Source: Octopus vulgaris
Taxonomy: Eukaryota
Length of the DNA stretch: 64,000 bases
Assembly (NCBI GenBank): GCA_951406725.2
Contig: OX597815.1
Span: forward strand, 71,424,001-71,488,000
Reading direction: 5' to 3'
The notes under the pieces were generated by a model. That model did not search any database. It saw only the letters and a program-made list of their open reading frames with translations, and had not been told where the DNA came from. Positions 1 through 12,262 of the stretch are shown here, piece after piece; position 1 is the stretch's first letter, and each line of letters starts with the position of its first letter. Both the position numbers and the translations under genes were made by a program.

Positions 1-168
1 GAAAAAAAATAGTTCACATTCTACGTACTCGTACTTCGTATTTTTTTGTTGTACACAATTTGTGACATCCTGTGCCCACATATGCATATATATATATATA
101 CACACGTATAGATGTAAGTATGTACATATACATATGTATATATGCATATATATATATATATATATGCA

Positions 169-319
169 ATGGGTTTTCTGTCTATTAATCTACTCACAAG
201 GCTTTGGTAGGCCTGAGGCTAAAGTAGAAGTCACTTGCCCATGATGTCACGCAGTTGGACTGAACCCAGAACAATGTGATTGGGAAGCAAGCTACTTACC
301 ATGGCTACTCCTGCACCTA
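169..319 (-). mobile_element. tRNA-derived SINE, family A (5' part)
   Basis: Reverse complement of the SINE head seen at 9422 (GGCGCAGGAGTGGCT..GGTAAGTAGCTTGCTTCCCAA..GGTTCAGTCC..GGGCAAGTG..CTTCTAC..CAAAGCCTTGTGAGT). Confidence 0.8.
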
Positions 320-1308
320 ATATATATATATATATATATGAGCTTGTATAACTGTCTGCCTGCTTTGTGCAACTGAAGTTTATTGAATTGAACAGAATCT
401 GATCTCTGAATTTGGTGAATAGCTTCAATCAGCGCTGAACTTTTAAATATGAGATGTTTCAAATATTTGTACAGGTGCAGACATGTTAGTGTGGTTAAGA
501 AAGAGCTTACTTGACAACCAATGTGGTTTTGGGGTTCAGTCCCATTAGATAACATCTTAAGCAAATGTCTTCTACTGCAGCCCTGGGCGAATCAAAGCTT
601 TCTCAGTGGATATGTTAATGTTAATGACGAATGTTTGTGTGTGTTTATATGTAACTCCTTGTTTTGATATTACAAGTTAATTGTAAACAAACATCACCAT
701 CATGCAAGCAGTGTGATTCATTTGCAATCTTTGATGAAAACCATAACTGTTTGTGGCTAAAAGACTTAGGGAAGAATATTATGTTACTTGGAAGTAGGTG
801 TGGGTCAACAAGAAGAACTTTATTAATTGTAAGCAAATCAACAGAATGGATTTAAACTTATTATCATGTCAAAAATGGAAGTGAGTTCCATATCAGTTGT
901 TTTAAATTGCCCTATTTTTTTTTTCACAGCCTTTTCATGTTATATTTCCTGTCATTCAGATTATAAACTGCTACATTTCTTTCTGTCTCCTGTCCCAGAA
1001 AACAATGCCTTGCTTGCTGAGGTTACATTGAAAATATTAAGCTCTAATACAGCCATATCAGACCAGATATTGATTGATTCTACCAGTATTGCTTGCTATT
1101 GAAAATATAGATGCATTCAAGTTGTTCTATGTGTGTGCATGAATATATATATGTATATAAATGTGTATAACTGTGTATACATCTTCTTTAATAAGTGTCA
1201 TTCTGTACTGAATGACATTCATATCTCTGCACAGCTGGTCTGGTTGGTTGGCTGGTTGGTTGGCTAGTGATCATTTGTCTGGTTTTCGTATCTATTAAAA
1301 AAAATCTG

Positions 1309-1382
<74 letters not shown>

Positions 1383-1778
1383 CATTGCCATTGGCAGTCT
1401 AACAAGCAAACTAGTTAAAATATTAATAACATCCAACTTGTTGTTGCCAATTTCTGTGTGTTAACTTGACTTTTCTTTTATCTCATATTTTTATTTTATC
1501 TTATCAATTTGAGGTTTGGATTCTTTTTTTCTTAAATGAAAAAATAAAAAAATAAAAATTAGATGTTGAAAGTGTTTTTTGCGAGAAAATGTGCTTAGGA
1601 AATCATCTTTAAACATCTACCTATCTCTAAGTCTTCAACACATTTCTTGTATTTCTCCTTGTATCAAGTTACATATATTGAAGTGAATGCTCAGAACCAT
1701 TTCATCCACAATCATTTGAAAGTGTTCCTGTTACAGCATCCATGCACTGTATATGAATATGCATATCAACACCAAAAT

Positions 1779-2178
1779 GTGCAGGTGTGGCTGTATGGTT
1801 AAGAAGTTTGCTTCCCAACCAATGGTATGGTTTCAGGTTCAGTCCTACTGTGTGGCACCATGGACAATTGTCTTTTATCATAGCTTTGTGAATGAATTTG
1901 GAAGACGGAAACTGAAAAACACCCATTGTGTTCTTATGTATGTGTGTGTCTTGTCTTTCATAGTGTGAGGGCTGTAAATGAGTAACACTGTCATGCAAGC
2001 AGTGTCAGTTGTTTCCAATATTCTGCAGAAATATGTCTACTCATGAGGAAATATTACCTTGCTTAGAAGCAGGTAAGGGTTGGGAACAGGAAGGGCGTCT
2101 GACCAAAGAAAAATTCCTTCAATAAACTCCATCCAACCCATGCAGAAATGGAAAGGCAGACTTGAAAACGATGATGAT
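1779..2178 (+). mobile_element. Full-length family A SINE with RTE-derived 3' tail
   Basis: tRNA-like head (GTGGCTGTATGG..GGTTCAGTCC), internal microsatellite, and a tail CCAACCCATGCAG..GGAAA..AAACGATGATGAT matching the RTE LINE 3' end at 29524-29580. Related copies at about 473-850, 2353-2733, 19530-19940, 22400-22560, 28095-28420, 29024-29212, 40025-40446 and 57675-58300. Confidence 0.75.
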
Positions 2179-2731
2179 TGCAAAGTGCTTATCAAAAGAA
2201 ATAAATAAATAAAAGACAAGGTCTTGATATAAGTGATGGTCACTTCATGTTCTGTGACTTCCTTCTTCACTTGAAGCAAGAAAAGAAATCTGCAAAAGGA
2301 AAAATTTACTCATTAAGAATACATGTGTGTGTGTGTGTGTGTGTTGTGTATAAGCAGACATGGCTATGTAGTTAAGTAGCTTCCTTCCCAACCATGTAGT
2401 CTTGGATTTAGTCCCAGTGCGAAGCATCTTGGGCAAGTGTCTTATACTCCCTTGCTTTTGGGAGCTTTGTGAGTAGATTTATTAAATGAAAACTGAAAGA
2501 AGTCCATCATGAATGTATGTGTGTGTGCGTACTTTTGACATCATGTGATGATTGCAAATGAGCATCACCATCATGCAAGTAATGCAGTTTGTTTACTGTC
2601 TGCTATAGTGAAATGTTACCTTGCTTGGAAACAAGTGCAGGTTCGTGACAGTAAAGGCATCTGGCCATCGAAAATCAACAAAATGTTTCACCCATGTGAG
2701 CATGGAGAAGTGGATATTAAAATACTGATGA

Positions 2732-2771
<40 letters not shown>

Positions 2772-3189
2772 CTATAACCATTAATACCTCCTAAATATGT
2801 TCTCTCTCCTTTTTTTCCTTTCAACCCTTTTTGTCAACAAGCATAGGCTCAGAATGTCAAATACTGCCATTTTTCCTGAGTGTCAAACTAATACACCTGC
2901 TTGTTGTTCCCTCACCTGTCTTCGTCTTTTGTTTTCCGTAATTTTGAACTACATACATATATATATATATATATGCATCGTATTCCATTTTATTGATCAT
3001 TAGTGATTGTTTCACCTTTATTACATTGAATGTGCCTTAAGGCATCCCAACATATCTTCAATGCTATTAGCATTGTGAGAATCATCATTCAACAATACCT
3101 GTCTACTTTCTCATCATTTTTTTTTTATGTAGTCTCTTTTCGACAATTTGAAGACATGATACATTTATTAATCACATGCAATTGCTTTT

Positions 3190-3518
3190 CCATATATATG
3201 TCTGTGTAAGTGTCTGCATATGTATGTTTGTGTGTGTGTGTATATGTATATATGTGTATATATGTGCATGTATATATATGTATGTATATATATATATATA
3301 TATGTATCTATATATGTATGTATATATATATATATGTATGTATATGAATGTGTATATATATATATATGTATATAGACCTGCTCGCTTAGCCAGCGGGGTG
3401 GCGTCATTTGGAGGCTAAAACAATGCGAAGCGCATTGCGATGAGGGATGTGTAGCAACATCTGATAGCCTGGTCGGTCATATGATCATGTGATATATATA
3501 TATATATATATATGTATA

Positions 3519-3568
<50 letters not shown>

Positions 3569-3616
3569 TATATGTATGTATGTATATGTATGTGTGTATG
3601 TATATATATGTCTATG

Positions 3617-3681
<65 letters not shown>

Positions 3682-4001
3682 GTATGTATATATCTATGTA
3701 TGTATGTATATATATGTCTATGTATATATGCCTCCGTATGTATGTATGTATATATGTATATATATATATATATATATATTATATATGTGTATATATGTAT
3801 GTATATATACACGTTTGTATATATGTATGTATATATACACATGTTTGTATATATGTATATATACACATGTTTGTATATATGTATATATATACACATGTTT
3901 GTATATATGTATGTATATATACACATGTTTGTATATATGTATGTCTATATACATATGTACCTATATATGTATGTATATATACATATGTATGTGTATATAT
4001 A
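3190..4001. repeat. Compound (TA)n/(TATG)n microsatellite, interrupted by a SINE 3' fragment at 3377-3492
   Basis: Direct reading. The fragment matches the 3' end of the SINE at 9053-9365. Confidence 0.9.
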
Positions 4002-4003
4002 TA

Positions 4004-5291
4004 CAGGGTGGGGAAGCAAAATTTACAATATTTTGAGGCAGGGATTGAAAGACAGTGTACAACCAGTTTGTTTATTGAAAGTCATGAGAATTTATTTGCC
4101 ACAAGACAATTTACATAATAGAAAATATTTTTATTCTATGTGTCCTCCTTCTTTCTCAATAAGTGCCTTCACACGCTTCCTGAAATTTGCACAGGCGTTC
4201 CTCAAATATTCGGGAGACAACTTCTCCCATTCTTCTTTAATCGTATCTTTAAGATAGTTGACATTGCTGTGTAATGTTCTATTGATAGCATGTTCTAAAG
4301 TGCCCCAAATAGCATAATCCAGAGAGTTTAGATCTGGGCTGGAATGCGACCATAAACATGATTCCAAAAAATTGCTAAAGTTGGATTTGCAGAAATCTTG
4401 TATTTTTCTAGTTGTGTGGGCTGGAGCACCATCCTGTATCCATACATAATTACCATCTGGGCAGTTTGCTTTAAGCTATGGCAATACCTGGTATCTCAGA
4501 GTCTTGTAGTAAGTATTAACATTGATCTTTTCATCAGCTTTGTAGAATTTTATACGCATTTTCTTTCCATCAGAAGCCACAACACCAAAAGCCATAACTT
4601 GAGCAGGATGTTTTGTTTTTAATGTCCCCTTAACCTCAGCTGTTGATTTTCCGATAAATCTGTCATTTCTGCTGTTCAGAACAGCATCGACAGTGAAGAT
4701 CTTTTCATCTGAAAAGATTGTTACAATGGAGGACTTTTTCTTGAAACATGTAATAATTTTCTTGCACTTCTCCAATCTCTTTTCCTTCATAGCTGTTGTC
4801 AACAAGTGTTTTGGTGTTCTTGTATAAGATTTTAACCTCAAATCATATTTTACAGCATTTCTAATGGTCTTGTTGTCTACCTCAAGTTCAATTGCCATTT
4901 TTCTCATGGATTTGGTTGGATCCTTTAGGATTTGGGATTTGAGAGCTTTAATAAAAGCTTTGGTACGTCTTTTGTTGATTTCTCAACTTCCAGACTTCCT
5001 CGTAATAGATTTGCTCATAGTCATTCTATTCTTTACCTTATAAATAGTCTTTATGGACACTTCAACTATTCTTGAAATCTCCTTTAGTGTGACGAGTGCA
5101 TTCAGAAAATCACACACTCTTTGACTTTTGCTTTCCTGATTACTCATATGGGCAAAAGTTTCTGAAAAGGTAAGGATAATAATGTTAGGTATGAGTATAA
5201 CATCAATATATGCTAGGTTTCAAAACAATTGACTTAGTGCCTGCTGAGAAAAAAACAACTTAACGTTCATTGTAAATTTTGCTTCCCCATG
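4004..5291 (-). mobile_element. Tc1/mariner-superfamily DD37D (maT) transposon, full length
   Basis: Left end TA|CAGGGTGGGGAAGCAAAATTTACAAT (from 4004). Right end ATTGTAAATTTTGCTTCCCCATG|TA (5269-5291), which lacks 3 bp relative to the left TIR. TA target site on both sides. Confidence 0.92.
4131..5147 (-). pseudogene. DD37D (maT) transposase, two in-frame stops, no frameshift
   Basis: Single frame MSNQESKSQRVCDFL...SGS*EIN...IFSDEKIFTVD...VMAFGVV...QVLP*LKAN...WIQDGAPAH...SSPDLNSLDY...EGGHIE. There are 37 residues between the 2nd and 3rd catalytic Asp. Confidence 0.9.
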
Positions 5292-5355
5292 TATGTATGT
5301 ATGTATATATATATATGTATGTATGTATATGTATGTATATATAAATGTATGTGTA

Positions 5356-5398
<43 letters not shown>

Positions 5399-5403
5399 GT
5401 ATG

Positions 5404-5437
<34 letters not shown>

Positions 5438-5662
5438 TGTATATATGTATGTATGTATGTATATATGTATGTATGTATATATGTATGTATGTATATATGT
5501 ATGTATGTATGTATGTATATATGTATGCATATATGTATATGTATGCATATATGTATATGTATGCATATATGTATATGTATGCATATATGTATATGTATGC
5601 ATATATGTATATGTATGCATATATGTATATGTATGTATATATGTGTATGTATATATGTGTAT

Positions 5663-5710
<48 letters not shown>

Positions 5711-5716
5711 GCACAT

Positions 5717-5750
<34 letters not shown>

Positions 5751-5827
5751 ATGTATATGTATATATATATGCACATATATATATGTATGTATATATATAT
5801 ATGCACATATATATATGTATATATATA
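5292..5827. repeat. (TATG)n/(TA)n compound microsatellite
   Basis: Direct reading. Confidence 0.95.
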
Positions 5828-6283
5828 TTCATTTCTTGCGAGCTTACGCATATCCTCAGCAGTCACATGGATGTGTAATGTCAGTGTTCATAATCGACAG
5901 AGTGTAAGTACCTTGAGAGAAAAGTTGGACCTAAGAAGCATTAGTTGTGGTGTGCAGTCTGCGCTGGTATGGGCATGTGACGAGAATGGGTGAAGATAGT
6001 TGTGAGCAAAAGTGCCACACCTTAGCAGTTGAGGGAACCTGTGGAAGAGGTAGACCCAGGAAAACCTGGGACGAGGTGGTGAAGCACGACCTTCGAACTT
6101 TAGGTCTCACCAAGGAAATGACTAGAGACTGAGACCTATGGAAGTATGCTGTGCATGAGAAGACCTGGCAAGACCAGTGAGAACAGTCAAAATCAAAATC
6201 AAAATCAAACCAAATCAATCAGATATCAGAAAGCAGAACCAAAATTGAGGTCGATCAACATCAGTGGAAATTGCAGCTGTGGT
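5828..6283 (+). mobile_element. 5'-truncated RTE LINE copy with inverted 5' segment
   Basis: 5867-6180 encodes [25 protein letters not shown]../LRWYGHVTRM..GRGRPRKTWDEVVKHD, the same family as 29524-31801. 5828-5866 is the upstream [13 protein letters not shown] segment in opposite orientation. Confidence 0.88.
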
Positions 6284-6661
6284 TAAGTGAACCATCCGAT
6301 ATTTACATATATATGTAAATATATAGAACTTTTGAACTTGGCATACCAATCATGAGCGGTTCTTTCACCTACAGCACCCTCTCCATACCCAGCACAAATG
6401 TCGCAAGCAGCTTTTGTGGCCTTAGAACCTTGATTAAAAGTAAAAAGTAGGTGGTGTCAAAAATGCTCGTTTTTGTTAATTTGACATTCCATTTCAATGA
6501 TCTGAAAATGAATAAATATATATATAGATAGATATAAATAAATATATTTATATACATAGATATATATGTGTGTGTCTATATATATATAAAAGAAATTAAT
6601 GAAGAAAAATGCACACACTTTACATAGTTTTAATAATTTTTGATATATGCCATATTGTGTT

Positions 6662-6694
6662 TGTCAACAGGTTTTGCTTTTGCTAATCATGACA
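6662..6694 (-). ncRNA. Minimal hammerhead ribozyme motif, A3-U8 variant (decayed copy)
   Basis: Minus strand: UGUC-AUGAUUA-GC AAAA GC-AAAA-CCUG-UU-GACA. G12 has changed to A at a CpG site. Confidence 0.55.
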
Positions 6695-7004
6695 GTAAAA
6701 TTTATTTAAATTTGTATTTTCTTAAGAAAGTGTTTTTTGTCCATATTGTGTGTATAGTTTATGAATGATTGATTCAACAAGTAGAAAAATCTAAAGGGAG
6801 GTAATTGTTTATTGTAATTATGGACAGGGAGATTATTGTTCATCTTTCGGTGGGGGAAGGCGAATATATATATATATGTGTGTGTGTGTGTATACACAAA
6901 AATTCAAAAGCTTGAGTAGTGGGGAGAAATATATACAGTGATGGGTATGTAAGCGTGAATCAAATATGTATAGAGATTAAAGTTGGAATGCATAATTTTT
7001 TTTT

Positions 7005-8230
7005 ATTATTGAATCTAAAAGTTTATACTTCAGAACAATTATTTCGTATTTGATGACATCTACTATCGTCAAAAATGTGAAATTGCAATGGGAACAAAAG
7101 CAACCACTGTTCTTGTGAGCCTGATAACAGGTTATTTTGAATTCACCATATATGAAATGTCACTGCAAAGATATGGTTATGCATTTTACCATTACATAAG
7201 AGAAATCTGGAAAAGACACCTGGATGACTGTTTTATCATTTGGAAGGAGACCATTGCTAAACTTTTGGAATTCAAATCAACACTAAATGATATAAATAGT
7301 AACATTCAATTCATAATGGAATAAAGCAAAGCACAGTTCCCATTTTTGGATATTATGATTAAAAAACTGACATTTATCATAAACCAAAGGGCTCAAAGTA
7401 TTATCTCCCTTTTAGTTCATGCCACTCAAAATAAATATCCCCTTTAATTTGGCGAAAATAGTGTTTGATAGAACTACTCGGGACATTCATCTTCAAAACC
7501 TCAGAACAACACTAACTGAAAGACAATATCCACCCTCACTTATAGATGATGGAATTAAGCGTGCCAAGAAATTAGATATAAAAACACTAAGGACAACAAA
7601 ACATAACACCACACCTCATCTCAAAACACTACTGTATATATCAACTCACAACCTTAGAAGCAATGAGGCATAGAACACTTATACAAAATCTTACTTTATT
7701 AACTAGAGACCTAAAAATGAACATCCTGAAGGCAAATAAATTCATTAAATGCAAAAAGCAACACAAATTGCTAAAGAGACTTCTAACAAATCTGAAGTTT
7801 ACACAACAACCACGAAACGAATGGTTAAAAAATGTGGATGCTCAAACTATGGAAAATGCCCCAACGCACTTCAAGGTTGGGATTTCCTTTTCAAACAAGG
7901 AGTGAGGTTCACATTTAAAATCAAATTCACTTGTACCTCTGAGAATCTAATTTATGTAATAACCTGCTTGGGTTGTGGACATCACTATATAGGACAGACA
8001 AGTATGGCATTGAGATGGAGAACCACTCTAAATAAAGAGCAGATCCTGTTCCCACAATACAGAGAGATTCCTTTCCGTGAACACATAGAGATATGTGCAG
8101 TTTTCCCCTTCTACTAGTGAAATTTCACAATTTTCCATTTCTACTAGTGAAAAGATAAACATTTCTTTACAAGAACATTTAAATAAAGAAAATTTATTCA
8201 TCATAAAATAGAGAGCAAATCTACATATGC
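7005..8230 (+). pseudogene. Penelope-like RT plus GIY-YIG endonuclease, degraded
   Basis: NNYFVFDDIYYRQKCEIAMGT..WKRHLDDCFIIW..NIQFIME*..FPFLDI (PLE RT), NIPFNLA..RQYPPSLI (thumb), and FTCTSENLIYVITCLGCGHHYIGQT (GIY-YIG). Multiple frameshifts. Confidence 0.88.
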
Positions 8231-8512
8231 ATGCATAACCAACTTTAATCTCTATACATATTTTAATTCACAATTATATACCCATCGTTGTACATATTTC
8301 TCCCCACTACTCTAGTTTTTCAATTTTTGTGCTTATAATATCTCCCCACCCAAAGAAAGATCAACTATTATCTCCCCTGTCCACAATAATAATGATAACC
8401 AATTACCTCTCCTTAGATTTTTCTACTTCTTGAATCAATCAGTCATAAACTCGACACACAACATAGACAGAAATTTTTTTCTTAAGAAGATACATATTTA
8501 AATAAATTCTAA

Positions 8513-8545
8513 TGTCATGATTAGCAAAAGTGAAACCAGTCAACA
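8513..8545 (+). ncRNA. Minimal hammerhead ribozyme motif, A3-U8 variant
   Basis: UGUC-AUGAUUA-GC AAAA GU-GAAA-CCAG-UC-AACA. The two copies imply the consensus UGUC AUGAUUA GC AAAA GC GAAA CCGG UC GACA. Confidence 0.65.
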
Positions 8546-8676
8546 AACACAGTATAAGCTGTATTAAAAATTATATTAAACTATGTAAAGTGTATGCATT
8601 TTCCTTCTTTAATTTCTTATATATATTACAAACCATCACATGGAGATAATCACGATTCCTCCCTTTCTACTACTAC

Positions 8677-8708
<32 letters not shown>

Positions 8709-8710
8709 AA

Positions 8711-9036
8711 AGCGCATGGCTCAGTGGTTAGAGCATTGAACTGACGACCGTGAGGTTGTGAGTTTGAATCCCGGACCAGGCTGCTTGTTGTGTTCTTGAG
8801 CAAGACACTTTATTTCATGTTGCTCCAGTTTATTCAGCTGTAGAAATGAGTTGCGACGTCACTGGTGCCAAGCTGTATCGGCCTTTCCCTTTCCCTTGGA
8901 TAACATCAGTGGTATGGAGAGGGGAGGCTGATATGCATGGGTAATTGCTGGTCTTCCATAAACAACCTTGCCCTGACTTGTACCAGGTGCATCTTCCTCG
9001 GAGGGTAACTTTCTAGGTGCAATCCCATGGTCATTC
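8711..9036 (+). mobile_element. tRNA-derived SINE, family B
   Basis: A box TGGCTCAGTGG, B box GAGTTTGAATCC, body CTTGAGCAAGACACTT..TGCTCCAG..CAGCTGTAGAAATGAG. A reverse copy lies at about 13405-13710. Confidence 0.8.
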
Positions 9037-9052
9037 TCTGATATATATATAT

Positions 9053-9365
9053 GTGTGTGGCCCAGTGGTTAGGGCAGCAGACTCGTGGTCGTAGGATCGC
9101 GGTTTTGATTCCCAGACCAGGCATTGTAAGCGTTTATTGAATGAAAACACCTAAAGCTCCACGAGGCTTCGGCAGGGGTGATCCCTGCTGTACTCTTTTG
9201 CCACAACTTTTTCTCACTCTTTCTTCTGTTGGCTACAACTTACTCTCACTCTTTCTTCTTCAGTGGGGTGGCATCATTTGAAGGCTAAAACAATGCGAAG
9301 CGCATTGTGACCAGTGATGTGTAACAACATCTGATAGCCTGGTCAGTCACGGTGATCCCGGTGAG
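9053..9365 (+). mobile_element. tRNA-derived SINE, family C
   Basis: A box TGGCCCAGTGG and B box GGTTTTGATTCC. The 3' part (GGGGTGGCATCATTTGAAGGCTAAAACAATGCGAAGCGCATTG) recurs at 3377-3492. Confidence 0.78.
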
Positions 9366-9388
9366 ATATATACATACACACATATATA

Positions 9389-9421
<33 letters not shown>

Positions 9422-9422
<1 letters not shown>

Positions 9423-9700
9423 GGCGCAGGAGTGGCTATGTGGTAAGTAGCTTGCTTACGAACCACATGGTTCTAGGTTCAGTCCCACTATGTGGCACCT
9501 TGGGCAAGTGCCTTCTACTGTAGCCTCAGGCCGACCAAAGCCTTGTGAGTGGATTTGGTACATGGAAACTGAAAGAAGCCCGTCGCATATATGTATATAT
9601 ATATATGTGTGTGTATGTTTGTGTGCCTGTGTTTGTTCCCCCAACATAACTTGACAACCGATGCTGGTGTGTTTACATCCCCGTAACTTAGCTTGGCAAG
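9422..9700 (+). mobile_element. tRNA-derived SINE, family A
   Basis: GGCGCAGGAGTGGCTATGTGGTAAG..GGTTCAGTCCCAC..CCTTGGGCAAGTG..GAAACTGAAAGAAGCCCGTCG. Many related copies occur across the window. Confidence 0.85.
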
Positions 9701-10199
9701 AAAGATTATTGGAGGCTGGTGAGAAAGATTGTTGGAGGTTGGTGAGAGGCAAAGATATTATTCTGCTTAGCGAAGGTATCTGGGAAATGTATAACTGCTG
9801 TCATTCACAGAAAAACTATTGTTTTACCTTGAGAAAAGCGCTGTTGAAATGTTGAGAGAAATTTGGCAATCAGGGATTGAATCCATGCTATGCCTGCATG
9901 AAGCCACTACAAATACATTGTGGAATAAAAAATCCATCTACTGTCATGGAGAAAGTGTAACTGTAAAAATGCAGAATTATCGGAGTAATGGGAATTCAAA
10001 AAAGTATGTATAGAAATGTATGAATGAAGTCTTTAATGTTTAAGATTCAAATTAAGGAAGTGCAATAATAATGCTTAGCAGTTCAAAACTGTGAGTAGTG
10101 AAATGAAATATTAGGTCAGCTGATCATGAGAATAGAATATTGATCATGTGAATAAAATCTGCAGGTGGTATGGGTTATTGGAATTGGGTTTAAATAAAA

Positions 10200-10677
10200 T
10201 ATTAGAAATATGTAGTAGATAGAAGGATCCATTGGAAGAGTCGTATTATCGATTTTTTTTTCAACAATCCAAGTATGTCAGGAGGTTTCCAGACATGAGT
10301 TCTACTCATGTGTCAAAGTTATAAAAGTGATATTGTCTGCAAAAATTAGAAATAGGACATTAAAAAAAAATCAATACTGAAATTAGTAATTGAACATAAG
10401 CAATGAAATGGATTGCTTCCCTTGAGTGTTTAAAAAAATATTGTACAGGTGCTTTGGGTTATTTCCCTTTAGTTATATGAGGTAGATATAAAGGTCCCTT
10501 CCAGAGGCCGTATTATCAATTTTTTCAACAATCTAAGTATGTCACAAGGTTTCCAGACATCAGTTCTACTCACATATCAAGTTTCATCAAAATCAATAAA
10601 ATGATGTAGGAGGAGATAGCTAACAACACCACGAACAAACACACCCACAGGCAGAATTTCCCACATATGTAGTAGAT
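10200..10677 (+). mobile_element. Helitron-like non-autonomous repeat with an internal ~90-bp duplication
   Basis: The end AAGTTTCATCAAAATC..GTAGGAGGAGATAGC..ACACAC..ATATGTAGTAGAT resembles non-autonomous Helitron-type 3' ends. 10235-10320 duplicates 10503-10583. Confidence 0.45.
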
Positions 10678-11492
<815 letters not shown>

Positions 11493-11898
11493 TAACTTTT
11501 GGATCTACCAAGTTTCATTATTAAGGATGGAAAGTAGTGTGTGGCAGGTTTGGTAGCCTTCAACTAACACTATCTCCATCGAGACCCTGCAGTGCAAGTT
11601 GACCATATATATGTAAAGTCAAAAGGAAAAGTAAGTACATTTAGGCAGCAATTAATTGCTAGAAATGTTTGGATACATACAGATCCTCTTTGCGTAATGG
11701 TACAGTTTGGCATATGCCGAATAACATGTTGAAACTGAATAAATAAACAGACAACTTGCATATTGCAGCTGATGTTGAACGTGATGACACTCTCATAGCA
11801 AGCAAATTGAAACCATCAGCATTTGTTAGTTTCAAACAAGAAGCCATAGATGTTGTAACATGGAAATCTAGATTTACTTACGGACACAGCATCTGAAT

Positions 11899-12020
11899 AT
11901 CGCCTGAGGTGATACATATAGATCTTCTTATACAGTTAAATCGTTACGTAACTTAATTTAAACTTAACTTTAAATCCTATATATACAAAGATCTGTATGT
12001 ATTGAAACATTTGTAGCGAT
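11899..12020 (+). ncRNA. Hammerhead ribozyme motif with a long helix II and an A9U substitution
   Basis: Helix I AUCGC/GCGAU, core CUGAGGU, 16-bp helix II GAUACAUAUAGAUCUU/AAGAUCUGUAUGUAUU, then GAAA-C-AUUU-G-UA. Confidence 0.65.
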
Positions 12021-12212
12021 TAAAAATCTGCCTAACTGTACTTACTCTTCCTTTCAACTCTTTTACTTTTTACTTTTTATTTTCACACACGAGGAATACC
12101 TAAGACTAGATTTGGTAGCATCCCATAAGAATACTACCGGCTGTTTGCAATTCTAAGGGTGAATGAGCTCTATTTGTACTCTTATATGTTCTTAACAGAA
12201 CACACCTCACCT

Positions 12213-12257
<45 letters not shown>

Positions 12258-12262
12258 ATATA

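Larger units (their letters stand above)
6580..8626 (+). mobile_element. Penelope-like retroelement relic with an inverted copy of its 3' region at the 5' end
   Basis: RT and GIY-YIG remnants are flanked by diverged ~400-bp inverted repeats (6580-6993 vs 8229-8626), with (TA)n outside. Confidence 0.85.

Noticed and set aside
2770-2950. Repeat (also at 48290-48385) with a possible decayed ribozyme near 2828-2861
   Set aside because: The core is too degenerate to call from this copy.
8711-9500. tRNA genes suggested by A/B boxes
   Set aside because: There is no complete cloverleaf and the boxes run into repeat bodies, so these are SINE heads.
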